Part shown: positions 47,746 to 57,428 of the stretch, piece by piece
Numbering within the stretch: the stretch's first letter is position 1
Layout of the letters: every line of letters begins with the position of its first letter
Notes under the pieces: generated by a model
The model's database searches: none
What the model saw: the letters and a program-made list of their open reading frames with translations, nothing else
Told to the model about the DNA's origin: nothing
Translations under genes and position numbers: made by a program
Source of the DNA: Candidatus Hydrogenedentota bacterium
GTDB taxonomy: Bacteria; Hydrogenedentota; Hydrogenedentia; Hydrogenedentales; CAILVY01
DNA length: 64,000 nt
Direction of reading: 5' to 3'
NCBI GenBank assembly: GCA_903837785.1
Contig: CAILVY010000137.1
Span: 15,225-79,224 of the forward strand

Positions 47746-48407
47746 AATCCGGCGTGCCGGTGTTGATCCTTTTCTCCCTGCTGCTGGCCGGGTGCGGAGG
47801 CAGCTTCTGGCAGAAGGCCGAAGAAGCGGCGCAGCCTGGCCCGTCCAAGGCCGAGATTGCGGCCAAAGTGAAGCCGCTGATTGAACCCTTCCGCCAGGTG
47901 ACGAACACCGGAACCGCCGGGCCGGGCCTGCTGCCTGAAGCCCGCGACCTTGTCATCAACGGCCTGCGCGATGCGCAGCTGCAGTATGGCGCGTATCCCG
48001 CGGGCCAGGAAGTGCTGCGCGAACTGGGCTACGAGATCGTGGACATCGCCAAACGCGCGCGCGATCAGGAGCGTTGGCGCCTTGTCGAGGCCTGCGTGGA
48101 CGCGCACGAGATCCTGAACCTGGACAATGCCATGATCTCGCGCCTGGACGCCCGCGCGCAGGAGGTCCTGTCACGTCCCACGGTCGAGGTGAAAGGGTTC
48201 ATCGACGACGGAGAGAAGAAGATAACCAGCATCTTTCTCCGGATCACGGATCGCACGACCGGCCGGATGAAGAGCCTGACCGCGCGCGAGGGCGACGAGT
48301 TCGACGAACTGAAAGTGATCAACATCGTCGGAAACAACAAGGCGGTGCGTTTCGAATACAAGAAGATTCCGGGACTCGTCTTCGAGGTTGACGGCCCGAA
48401 CTACTGA
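47742..48407 (+). CDS. lipoprotein (hypothetical)
   Basis: The lipobox LLAGCG follows the signal MKSGVPVLILFSLL. ATG at 47742 overlaps TGA at 47743-47745 of the upstream gene. Confidence 0.5.
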   Translation: MKSGVPVLILFSLLLAGCGGSFWQKAEEAAQPGPSKAEIAAKVKPLIEPFRQVTNTGTAGPGLLPEARDLVINGLRDAQLQYGAYPAGQEVLRELGYEIVDIAKRARDQERWRLVEACVDAHEILNLDNAMISRLDARAQEVLSRPTVEVKGFIDDGEKKITSIFLRITDRTTGRMKSLTAREGDEFDELKVINIVGNNKAVRFEYKKIPGLVFEVDGPNY

Positions 48408-49621
48408 GTCATCGCGAATTCCGCGACGACTTCCACGTGCTTCGTATGCGGGAAGAGATCGACCGCGCTCAGTGATTGCAGCGTGTAGCGCTCCAGCAGG
48501 GCCGGAAGCTCCTGCGCGAGGATCTTCGGGTTGCAGGAAATGTACAGCACGTGCGGCGGCCCCCATTCGATCAGGCGTTTCAGCGCTTTCGGATGCATGC
48601 CCGCGCGCGGCGGATCCACAATCACCGCGGCCTCTTCTGTCCCGCGGCCTTCCGCCAGCATTCGTTTCAGATAGGCCTCGACCTTCTCCGTCTCGAACGT
48701 GACATTCCCGATGCCGTTGAGTTCGGCGTTGTGGCGGCCATCCTCCGAGGCGGAGGCCACATTCTCGACAGACCACACGTGATCCACGAGGCCGGCGCAA
48801 CTGAACGCGATGCCGCCCATGCCGCCGTACAGATCATAGAGCACGCGCGGCCGGCAGGATTTCACCCAGGCGCGCGCACGGCCGTATAGTTGTTCCGTGG
48901 CCAGGGTATTCGTCTGGAAGAAGCTGAACGGGGAGATGCGGAACTGCAGTTCTTGCGGGCGCTCGTCATCCGGAATGATGAGCCGCTCGGCGATCTCCGG
49001 CGTGCCGTAGAGGAGTTCGACCTCGTCCGCGAAGGCCACATCCGACGTTCCATGGCGAATGCCCCGGTAGATGCTCTGCGGCGCGAAGGACTCGAGGACC
49101 GCCTGCACGAACGGCGCGGCATCGAAAGCGCCCGCCCGGGTGATCAGCATGACCATCCGCTCGCCGGTGCGCTTGGCGTCGCGCACGAGCAGGCATTGCA
49201 GAAAACCCTCGCCCGTGCGCGAGTCAAAGGCGCGGAGTCCCGCAGCCCGATGCCACGCCCGGACCGCGTCAAGCAGCTTCGGCAGGCCTTCCGGCCCGAT
49301 GAGGCACGTTTCGATCTCGATCGGCCAGAACCACCGCCCTTTCCGCTTGTAGCCGAGCACAGTTTCGCGTTCAAAGCCCTTGGGCGGCGCCTCGGGATAC
49401 TGCTTCGGCGCGAAGGAGGGATCCACTTTGTTCCGGTAGTGCCAGAGGACCGGCGAGGGCGCGACGGGAATGGGGTGTTCCCAGAACGGGGCGAAGAGGC
49501 TCCGCAAGAGGGACTCTTTCTGCGCCAGTTGCTCGGGATACGGAAGTTGCTGTGTTTGGCAGCCGCCGCATTCGCCAAAATGCGGGCACAAGGACACAGG
49601 GGCCGTTTCAGGGTAGGACAT
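48401..49621 (-). CDS. class I SAM-dependent RNA (uracil-5)-methyltransferase, RlmD/RumA family
   Basis: The N-terminal [4Fe-4S] cysteines are CPHFGECGGCQ. The SAM motif is LYGGMGGIA. The catalytic C-terminal region is ISCNP. Confidence 0.8.
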   Translation of the reverse strand: MSYPETAPVSLCPHFGECGGCQTQQLPYPEQLAQKESLLRSLFAPFWEHPIPVAPSPVLWHYRNKVDPSFAPKQYPEAPPKGFERETVLGYKRKGRWFWPIEIETCLIGPEGLPKLLDAVRAWHRAAGLRAFDSRTGEGFLQCLLVRDAKRTGERMVMLITRAGAFDAAPFVQAVLESFAPQSIYRGIRHGTSDVAFADEVELLYGTPEIAERLIIPDDERPQELQFRISPFSFFQTNTLATEQLYGRARAWVKSCRPRVLYDLYGGMGGIAFSCAGLVDHVWSVENVASASEDGRHNAELNGIGNVTFETEKVEAYLKRMLAEGRGTEEAAVIVDPPRAGMHPKALKRLIEWGPPHVLYISCNPKILAQELPALLERYTLQSLSAVDLFPHTKHVEVVAEFAMTQ

Positions 49622-49661
49622 CGTCCCAAGGTGCTTTCATGCCGGCCGGACGGCCGATTCA

Positions 49662-49862
49662 GACGTCTTGCTTCAGTTCGCCGGCCACGCCATTCCACGT
49701 GCAGACAGTGCAGTAGATGATCGTATCGGGGCTCAGGACCACGGCCTCCTCCGGCGGCATCACATCAACGGCTTCACCGGCCTCATTCACGGAGAAGTAA
49801 ACAACGCGGTCTTCCCGTTCGATGTAGAAGGTTTCCGAACCGCACTGGGGGCATTGCAGCAT
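49662..49862 (-). CDS. small zinc-ribbon protein
   Basis: Two CxxC pairs are present (CPQCG ... CTVC) in a protein of about 66 aa. It sits immediately upstream of the methyltransferase gene on the same strand. Confidence 0.35.
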
Positions 49863-49970
49863 CGATCGTCTCCTGAGAAGTCTCAACGCCCACGATTATG
49901 ATCAAATGCCCGGATGTTCTCAATGACAATCTTGCGCAGCGCCGCGGCAGGCGGCTAGAGTGTTCGCACT

Positions 49971-52900
49971 ATGCATACAAACAGCCGCCTCCGCCATTTC
50001 GGGCCGGTGTTCGCCGCGCTCATGTTCTGTCTTTCCGCCGGTGCCGCGCCCTATGACGAGGCGCTGCGCCAGGAGCCCGGGCTCGCCGCGTACTGGCGCA
50101 TGGACGGCGATCTGAAGGACGCCACCCCGGCCGGGCTGCACGGAAAGGCGCATCAAGGCAAGCCTGTGTTTGCGGAGGGGGCGGTGGAAGGCACGGCGGC
50201 CGTCCTCGGCGAAAAGGCTTATCTGAGCTTCGGGGAATGTCCCGTGCTCGATGTGGACGAATGCACGATCGAACTGTTCTTCCGCGTGGATGCGCAGGCC
50301 ACGCAGTACAATCCGTGCATCATTGCGAAGCGGGGCGGCGCGGACCCCACGCGTTTCAGCATCCACGTGATGGCCGACATGAAGCTGCTTGCGCTCTGGA
50401 ACGGCAAGGCGGTGACGTTCATCACGCCGCCGGACGGCCCCATCGCCCTCGGCCAGTGGTATCACCTCGCGGTGACAAACTCCCGGGCACAAACCGCCTT
50501 CTATCTGGATGGCGTCCCGTGCGGCATGTCCGCGCGCGGTTCCCTCTTCGATACGTCGAAGAAGGGCTTGCCGCTATGCGTGGGCGCATCGAGCGTGGAC
50601 GGCAAGGAAAAGCTCGCCTGCGCCGTGGATGAACTCGCGATATACACGCGCGCACTGAGTCCCGAGGATGTTGCGCGCCACGTGGACGCGGCGGGCTGGG
50701 CGGAGCGCCGCGCCGCATCGCTCCAGGGGCGCGAACGCCAGGCCGAGGAGGAAAAGCGCATGCGGGAGGAACGGGCGCGAGAGAAGGAAACATGGCTGGA
50801 GCAGCGCCTTGCGGCGCCGCGGCTCACGGAGCGTGGCGCGCAACGCGTCTATGCGGGCGAATATCTCGATGCCATCAGCCTGCCGATCGGCGGCATCGGC
50901 GCCGGGCGCATCTTTTTCAACGGCCGGGCTGAGCCCGTGTCGTGGCAGATTTTCGGCAACTACAACGCGCCGCGCCTTCCGAATACCTTCTTCGCGTTGC
51001 GGGCGGTGCCCGAAGGTGGCGCCGCGGTCGTGCGCGCGTTGCAGACAACGCCGGCCGGCCCGTTTCAGGCGGCGGCCTCGCTCACGTTCCGCGGCGAGTA
51101 TCCCTACGGCTGGTTTGACTTCGCCGATCCCGAATTGCCGCTGCAAGTCACGATGGAAGTCTTCAATCCGCTGATCCCGTTCAATGCGCGGGACTCCGCG
51201 ATCCCCTGCGCGATCGTCCGATTCACCGCCAGGAACGTCAGCGGCAAGCCCGTGAAAGCGTCGTTCCTGGCCGCGCAGCAGAACGCCGCGGGGTATCTGG
51301 GCCTCGAGCCCATCGACGGGCGCGCCTGCAAGGACTACGGCGGCAACCGCAACCGCGTATTGCGCGAGGATACGGCGGTGCTTCTGCACATGGCCTCCGG
51401 CGCTTCCGGCGCGGGCGACCTCGCGCTGGCCGCGTTGTCGAAGGACGCGTCGGGCTGTGCGTCGTGGGAGAACATCAACACGCTGCACGAGTCCTTCAGG
51501 GATCTGGGCGCGCCGGCCGCAGTGGATGAGGCCGGCCCCTCTCCGAAGAATGAGACCCTCGATGGCGCGCTCAGCGTTCGGGGTGATGTGGCGCCGGGCG
51601 AATCCATGGATGCGGTCTTTGTGCTGGCCTGGCACTTCCCGAACAAGACGCATGGCGCGCCGGAGACCCCCTGGAAACATGACGGGCAGCAGTACGAGAA
51701 CTGGTGGCCGAATGCGCTCGCCGTGGCCCGGGAAGTCGTCGTCCGCCACGGGGAACTCGCCGGGGCCACACGCCTGTATCACGACACGGTCTATCGTTCG
51801 AATCTGCCGCAGTGGCTGCTCGACCGCATCACGTCCCAAACCGCCATCCTGCGCACGGGCACGTGTTTCTGGGCGAAAGACGGCTATTTCGGCGGATGGG
51901 AAGGCTGCAACCCGAATTCAGGATGCTGCTTCGGGAACTGCGGGCACGTCTGGCATTACGCACAGTCCCATGCCCGGCTCTTCCCGGAGATCGCGCGCCG
52001 CATGCGCGAAGAGGCCTTTGGTGCCATCCTGCCCGACGGCGCCCTGCCGTTCCGCCAACCGAAGGACGGCATCGCGTGCGACGCCCAGTGCGGCGAGGTG
52101 CTTGAAGCCTATCGCGAGCACTGCTTGTGCGCGGACGGCGCGTGGCTGGCCACGCAATGGCCCGCCATCCGCAGGGCGATGGACTACGCGATCAAGACGT
52201 GGGACGCGGACGAGGACGGCGTGCTCGCGGGCTCGCAGCACAACACGCTCGACTGCAATATCGGCGGGAGTTCGTCCTGGCTCGGCTCGATGTATCTCGC
52301 GGCGCTCGAGGCCGCGGCCAAGATGGCGGAGCTCCAATCGGACGCGGCGGCCGCGGAACGTTTCCGGCGCATCGCGGCCTCCGGCAAGCCGAGACAGAAC
52401 GACACGCTCTTCAACGGCGAATACTACATTCAATTGCCCGGCCCGGAACCCCTGCAGGACTACAACAACGGCTGCCACATCGACCAGGTGCTCGGCCAGT
52501 GGTGGGCGGGCCAGATGGATCTAGGCTGGATCTATCCGCAGGACCGGGTGCAGTCCGGATTGCGCGCCCTCCTGAAATACAACTTCCGCCACAGCTTCCA
52601 GGGCGTCGTGCAAGTGCCCCGGAAGTTCGTGGACGACGCCGATTCCGGAATGCAGATGATTCAGTGGCCCCACGAGGATCGTCCCGCCAACCACACGCTC
52701 TATGCCGACGAGGTCATGTCCGGCTTCGAGTATGCCGCGGCCGGAACGATGATCCAATCGGGCCTCCTGAAAGAGGGGTTGCTTGTCGCGCAGGCGGTGG
52801 CCGACCGCTATGACGGGCGCCTGCGCGCCCAGCTCACGCCCAACGACTGCACGTCGTGGGGCTACAGCGGGAATCCCTTCGGCGACGACGAATGCGGCAA

Positions 52901-53312
52901 GTTCTACGCGCGCGCCATGGCCGTCTGGCCGTTGCTCCTGGCCTGCCAGGGCTTCGTCTGTGACGGCCCCGCCGGGCACCTCGGATTCAAGCCCGTGTGG
53001 CAGCCTGAGAACCACGTCTCCTTCTTCAGCGCGGGCGCGGGCTACGGCGTCTTCACGCAGCAGCGCGCGGCGGATACGCAAACACACCGGATCGAGTTGG
53101 CGTCCGGCACGCTCGACGTGGCCCGGCTCACTTTCGAAGTGCCGCCGGGAAACAGCGCCGGCAGCGTGGCCGTTACGGCAAAGGGCGCGGCCGCCGGCGC
53201 CGCGTTCGAATGCGCGGGAAGCACGTTGCGCATCCGGCTGGAGCCGCCGTTGAACCTGAAGGCCGGCGAGACGCTCGAAGCCGCCGTAACGTTGCGCCCG
53301 TCGGGCCAGTGA
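49971..53312 (+). CDS. GH116 (GBA2-type) glucosylceramidase/beta-glucosidase with an N-terminal LamG-like domain, secreted
   Basis: A signal peptide is present. A concanavalin/LamG-like region of about 230 aa is followed by a charged coiled linker (EEEKRMREERAREKE). A GBA2_N-like region begins LPIGGIGAGRIFF...FRGEYPYGWFDF. The large C-terminal (alpha/alpha)6-like region carries GGWEGCNPNSGCCFGNCGHVWHYAQ. The family is assigned from architecture and motifs. Confidence 0.65.
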   Translation: MHTNSRLRHFGPVFAALMFCLSAGAAPYDEALRQEPGLAAYWRMDGDLKDATPAGLHGKAHQGKPVFAEGAVEGTAAVLGEKAYLSFGECPVLDVDECTIELFFRVDAQATQYNPCIIAKRGGADPTRFSIHVMADMKLLALWNGKAVTFITPPDGPIALGQWYHLAVTNSRAQTAFYLDGVPCGMSARGSLFDTSKKGLPLCVGASSVDGKEKLACAVDELAIYTRALSPEDVARHVDAAGWAERRAASLQGRERQAEEEKRMREERAREKETWLEQRLAAPRLTERGAQRVYAGEYLDAISLPIGGIGAGRIFFNGRAEPVSWQIFGNYNAPRLPNTFFALRAVPEGGAAVVRALQTTPAGPFQAAASLTFRGEYPYGWFDFADPELPLQVTMEVFNPLIPFNARDSAIPCAIVRFTARNVSGKPVKASFLAAQQNAAGYLGLEPIDGRACKDYGGNRNRVLREDTAVLLHMASGASGAGDLALAALSKDASGCASWENINTLHESFRDLGAPAAVDEAGPSPKNETLDGALSVRGDVAPGESMDAVFVLAWHFPNKTHGAPETPWKHDGQQYENWWPNALAVAREVVVRHGELAGATRLYHDTVYRSNLPQWLLDRITSQTAILRTGTCFWAKDGYFGGWEGCNPNSGCCFGNCGHVWHYAQSHARLFPEIARRMREEAFGAILPDGALPFRQPKDGIACDAQCGEVLEAYREHCLCADGAWLATQWPAIRRAMDYAIKTWDADEDGVLAGSQHNTLDCNIGGSSSWLGSMYLAALEAAAKMAELQSDAAAAERFRRIAASGKPRQNDTLFNGEYYIQLPGPEPLQDYNNGCHIDQVLGQWWAGQMDLGWIYPQDRVQSGLRALLKYNFRHSFQGVVQVPRKFVDDADSGMQMIQWPHEDRPANHTLYADEVMSGFEYAAAGTMIQSGLLKEGLLVAQAVADRYDGRLRAQLTPNDCTSWGYSGNPFGDDECGKFYARAMAVWPLLLACQGFVCDGPAGHLGFKPVWQPENHVSFFSAGAGYGVFTQQRAADTQTHRIELASGTLDVARLTFEVPPGNSAGSVAVTAKGAAAGAAFECAGSTLRIRLEPPLNLKAGETLEAAVTLRPSGQ

Positions 53313-53572
53313 CGAGGCGTGCAGTGCTCAAGTGGCTTGGCATCGCGTTGATCCTGGCATCGACGCTGCTCTATGCCTCGCTCCTCGTGCTGCCGTTCTT
53401 CGCAATCCCGGCGTCGTGGAAGGTCACCGCGGTCCCCATCGTGATCCTGGTGGGCGAAGTGACGTTCTGGCTGGGCGCGCTCATTCTCGGGGCGCAGTTC
53501 GTGGCGCGGTTCCGGCGCTGGCTGAATCCGTGCGCGTGGTTTCGCGGGCCTCGGGAGCCCGGCCCGTCCTGA
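53309..53572 (+). CDS. small membrane protein (2 TM)
   Basis: GTG at 53309 overlaps the TGA of the GH116 gene in a GTGA arrangement. Two hydrophobic helices are predicted. Confidence 0.3.
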   Translation: MTRRAVLKWLGIALILASTLLYASLLVLPFFAIPASWKVTAVPIVILVGEVTFWLGALILGAQFVARFRRWLNPCAWFRGPREPGPS

Positions 53573-53578
53573 ACGGCG

Positions 53579-55660
53579 TCACTTCGTTTCGGCGGGATGG
53601 GGCTTGCTCATCACGTAGAAGAAATCGCGGGCGTCGTTCGTGCGCAGGAAGCGCAGCGCGCCCTTGGCGCCGTTGGCGTTTTCCATGCCCTTGTGCAGGT
53701 ATTCCGCGCCGTTAATCCTGCCTTCGGCGTCGCGGGTGTACAGCGCGCAGTAGCACAGGCTGACCGAGTTCATGTCGAGCTGCATGGCGTAACGGCAGCC
53801 GTAGGCCTGGAAGACCCGCGCCATGCCGTTGGGCGTTGAGCCGGTGAAATAAGCGTAGAAGATGAATCGGCGCTTCCCGGTCTCCTGCAAGGCGAGCGCG
53901 GAACGCACTGTCAGGAAGCTGCCGACTTTGCTGCCGGACCACGAGCCGATGCCCCACTGATTGACGAGCGCGCCCGGAATGCTGACGCCGTTCTCGTCGA
54001 TGCCGTCAATGAGCGGCACGCCGTTCTGGCGGGCGCAGAACGTGAGCGGCAGTCTGCCCGCTTCCTTCTCCTGCCAGGTCAGGATATCCATCGTGCCGTC
54101 GAGGTCCATCCAGGCTGTGGCGAGCCCGGGAACCAGCCGGCTCATCAGCACGCCCTGCTCCATGAACCCGAAGTGGCTTCCGTGGTTTACTTGTGCCAAG
54201 CCCCCGAACTTGAAGGCGGCATGCTCGCGCTTGAATCCGCCCGTGAACACCGCGGCGGCCAGCGGCGCCTCGTAGGGGGGAACCGATCCGATCTTGCTGA
54301 GCGGCTTCACTGTGTCGAAGCCGTCCGGGCCCTTCAGATTGTTTCTGGGCGCTCCACTCCGGGCGGACCACTCGACCCGCGGATGATCCGCGCCCGACAC
54401 ATAATTGAACCCGAACAAGGCCGAGTCGAAGGCCAACACGTAAACGAGAGCGTCTGTCTCGCGTTCGTCGTTGTCGTATTTCCCGAGCCGGTCCACGCGA
54501 TCCCGATAGGTTTCCAGCAAGGCCTTCTCGATGACGGACGGCTTCATCACGCTCACGTAGACGCCGGGATGATGCACCGCCTTGTACCACTGGCCGTAGG
54601 CCATCTTCCCTTCGGGCGCATCCGTGGCAATGCTGAGCGTGGCGGGCGTGCAGGACGGCGCTTGTTCCGCGGCTTCGAGCCGCGCCTTGCGCGGATAGAG
54701 CGCCTCCTCCGCGGACGCGGTGCTTCGTCCCCCCGCGCCGTTCTCCCCCAGTTCCGGCGAGGGGATGAGGTACGGCTTGGCTTGTTCGACGACCCAGTCG
54801 CCAAAGCGGGTCGTGCGCAAGAGGTCCGTGACACGCTCCACCGTCGGCGAAGCGCCTTGTTTCTGCGCGCGAATCAGCACGAGCCCGTCGCAAAGTATGT
54901 TAAACGGCGCATCGAATGCGTGCCCGGGTTTCAGCACTTCCGCAAGGGCTGGCGCGGCGTTCAGTTCCGTGGGGTTCCTGGGTTGGGGACCAGCCGTTTC
55001 CGCGGGGTCCGGCCACAGCGGAAACGTGCGTGGCGGCTGGCCGGACAACTGGACGGACAAGCCGTCCCGATACAGCGAAAGCCGCGGGCGCTGCGGGAGG
55101 CCGCCCGTGGGCGCCGGCACTTCGAGATGCAGCCGGTTCTCCAGCGCGTTCACTTTTAGCTCCAGCAGGTACCACGCGCCGGCATGCTTGTTCAGGTTCG
55201 TGAGCCGGATCTCGTCGCCCCGCGCATTGCTCAGGTGCTGCACTTCACGATACGGCTGCAATTCGATGATCGACGGTGCCTCCGCGTGGCCGGCCAGCGG
55301 CGTGGGGCTTTCCCAAGGCGGCCCGGGCGGCGCTTCCGGGGCTTTCGGCAGTTCTGGTTCCGGCGCGGGCACGGGTACGGGCACGGGCTCTTTGGCCTCC
55401 GTGGGAAGAGGAGCCGTGTTGTTCGATATGGGCGGCGCCGCGGGTGCTGCGGCGGGCATGGCCTCTGGCTGCGCGTGCACTGGCGTGAGCACGCTCAACA
55501 ATGGGAGGTCCCGATGCAGCGACGGAACAAGAAATACCGCCGCGCACGACACGCCGGCGGCAACGCACAATACAGCCACACTCCACCACAGGCGGCGGCG
55601 TGGCCGCCGTCCGCCGGATGGGGCAGGGTCCTCCGAAGAATGTGATGCGTCAGAATTCAT
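53579..55660 (-). CDS. membrane-anchored phosphodiester glycosidase (DUF2233/NAGPA-like) family protein (tentative)
   Basis: An N-terminal TM and a Pro-rich linker are present. The C-terminal segment RSALALQETGKRRFIFYAYFTGSTPNGMARVFQAYGCRYAMQLDMNSVSL parallels the family consensus R.A.G...G.....vdG....GmtL.ela.lm..lGa..AlnLDGGGS. Confidence 0.4.
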   Translation of the reverse strand: MNSDASHSSEDPAPSGGRRPRRRLWWSVAVLCVAAGVSCAAVFLVPSLHRDLPLLSVLTPVHAQPEAMPAAAPAAPPISNNTAPLPTEAKEPVPVPVPAPEPELPKAPEAPPGPPWESPTPLAGHAEAPSIIELQPYREVQHLSNARGDEIRLTNLNKHAGAWYLLELKVNALENRLHLEVPAPTGGLPQRPRLSLYRDGLSVQLSGQPPRTFPLWPDPAETAGPQPRNPTELNAAPALAEVLKPGHAFDAPFNILCDGLVLIRAQKQGASPTVERVTDLLRTTRFGDWVVEQAKPYLIPSPELGENGAGGRSTASAEEALYPRKARLEAAEQAPSCTPATLSIATDAPEGKMAYGQWYKAVHHPGVYVSVMKPSVIEKALLETYRDRVDRLGKYDNDERETDALVYVLAFDSALFGFNYVSGADHPRVEWSARSGAPRNNLKGPDGFDTVKPLSKIGSVPPYEAPLAAAVFTGGFKREHAAFKFGGLAQVNHGSHFGFMEQGVLMSRLVPGLATAWMDLDGTMDILTWQEKEAGRLPLTFCARQNGVPLIDGIDENGVSIPGALVNQWGIGSWSGSKVGSFLTVRSALALQETGKRRFIFYAYFTGSTPNGMARVFQAYGCRYAMQLDMNSVSLCYCALYTRDAEGRINGAEYLHKGMENANGAKGALRFLRTNDARDFFYVMSKPHPAETK

Positions 55661-55786
55661 AGGCTTGGGAATTGCGTCAGACGCGCGCTAGTGTAGCCGA
55701 TATCCGGCGTGCATTGCGAATGGCAGGTTGACACTCCCTTCTCCCCTGTGCAAGCTGGAGATCATGGAAGTGGAGGGTTGGCTCCC

Positions 55787-57304
55787 ATGCGACTGTCTGG
55801 CAAGAGGTGTTTATGGGGCGTCTTCGCCGCCGTTGCGCTGTCCGTTTGCCCGCCATGGAATGCCCAGGCAGCGGGCCTTCGCGCGGGCGCCGCGAAAGTA
55901 GACATCACGGACCGGGATGCCGGGCCGGTCAATGACCCGCTCTATGCGAAGGCGCTGGTTCTGACGAACGATGTCACGACACTAGCGATGATCACGCTGG
56001 ATGCCGTTGCCATCGCTGAGATCGGGAGAATCGACGGCGACTTTCTGCCCGCACTTCGCGCACGGCTCGAAAAGGAACTCGGCATCCCGCCCGAGTGCGT
56101 CCTGGTTGCTGCGAGCCACTGCCACGGGGTGATTTGCACGGATGTCGCCGAACGGAGCTTTCAGGCCGTGAAAGAGGCCTCGCTCCATAAGGTTCCTGTC
56201 CGCGCGGGCGCGGGCACGGGCCGTGAAGATCGGATCATGGAGAACCGCAGACTCCCGCTGAAGAACGGACACGTGGCGGACAGCCGCCGCGCGTACGCGT
56301 TGCCGCCCGATGAGGCCCTGGCGGGGGTTGGCCCGATCGATCCGGAAATCGGAGTTCTTCGCCTGGACCGGGAGGACGGGCGATGCCTGGCCGCGGTCTA
56401 CAACTTCGCCTGCCATCCCATCGAGGGCGTGCCCAGCGGCGGCAACACCGCGGACCTGGTTGGATTTGCCTCGAAAGTGATCGAGGACGAACTCGGCGAG
56501 AGCGCGCTGGCGCTCTTTCTCCAGGGTTGTGCGGGCGACATCAATCCGGCCCTGTACAAGGATGTGGAGCGGCCGCACGATGCCGAGCCGCTTGGGAACC
56601 AACTCGGCCTGAGCACGCTGCGGGCACTGCGCAGCATCGCCACGAGGCAGGACGAACGCTTGAGTGTCCTTCGGGAGACGCTCGCATTGCCGCGGGCCGA
56701 CCACACGCAGCGCATAGCAGCGCTCGAAGCGCGGCAGACCGAGGTGCTTCAGTCCCTGAAGGGAACGAACATCAACCTCAAGACTTTCATCCCCCTGGCT
56801 GTGAAGTACCACTTCTCCGAGGAATTCCCGGCGCATTATGCCTATCGCTATCTGCACGAAGCGGCCATGGGCAGCGACGGCCTGAAGCGGCTCGATGCCG
56901 AGAACCGGGCAAGCCTGAAACAGTACGTCGAGAACATCCAGTGCATGGAAGAGCTGACCCGGCTCCAGGAGAACCTCGCGCTGCTGCGCAAACATCAGGC
57001 GGAGAATCTCGCCGCACCCAAGCGAACCATCGATGCAGAAATCCTCGGCGTCCGCATCGGGGACTTCGTCCTTGTCACTTTCCCCGGCGAAGCGAGCGTG
57101 GAGATCGGGCTCAACATCAAGAAGGCGTCGACGCACGAGCTGACTTTCATCGCCGGCTGCACGAACGGGTACCTCTACTACGCCCCCACCGCGGAACAGC
57201 TTGCCAATCCCGGCGCCGCCCAGGAGGACAGCGATTGCCTGCTCGCGCCCGAGTGGCAGAGGCTCTACGAAGACCACGTGGCCGGCTTGCTGAAGGGGCT
57301 ATAG
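55787..57304 (+). CDS. neutral/alkaline ceramidase N-terminal-domain family protein (divergent paralog)
   Basis: A signal peptide is present. The segment AAKVDITDRDAGPVNDPLYAKALVL...LAMITLDAVAI...VLVAASHCHG parallels the ceramidase N-terminal domain, but the HTHSGPGG box is replaced by SHCHGVICTD. GGAGGG lies 9 nt upstream of ATG 55787. Confidence 0.55.
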   Translation: MRLSGKRCLWGVFAAVALSVCPPWNAQAAGLRAGAAKVDITDRDAGPVNDPLYAKALVLTNDVTTLAMITLDAVAIAEIGRIDGDFLPALRARLEKELGIPPECVLVAASHCHGVICTDVAERSFQAVKEASLHKVPVRAGAGTGREDRIMENRRLPLKNGHVADSRRAYALPPDEALAGVGPIDPEIGVLRLDREDGRCLAAVYNFACHPIEGVPSGGNTADLVGFASKVIEDELGESALALFLQGCAGDINPALYKDVERPHDAEPLGNQLGLSTLRALRSIATRQDERLSVLRETLALPRADHTQRIAALEARQTEVLQSLKGTNINLKTFIPLAVKYHFSEEFPAHYAYRYLHEAAMGSDGLKRLDAENRASLKQYVENIQCMEELTRLQENLALLRKHQAENLAAPKRTIDAEILGVRIGDFVLVTFPGEASVEIGLNIKKASTHELTFIAGCTNGYLYYAPTAEQLANPGAAQEDSDCLLAPEWQRLYEDHVAGLLKGL

Positions 57305-57428
57305 GCAAGTCGCAGGACATTCGCTGTTTGCTGAGTCAGCGTGTGGGACGGATGGGAAGATTGAGCAGCGAAGGTTTCGCAGTGCATCACACGTCCGTAA
57401 ACAGGTTCCATGGCCCCTCCCCTACGCA

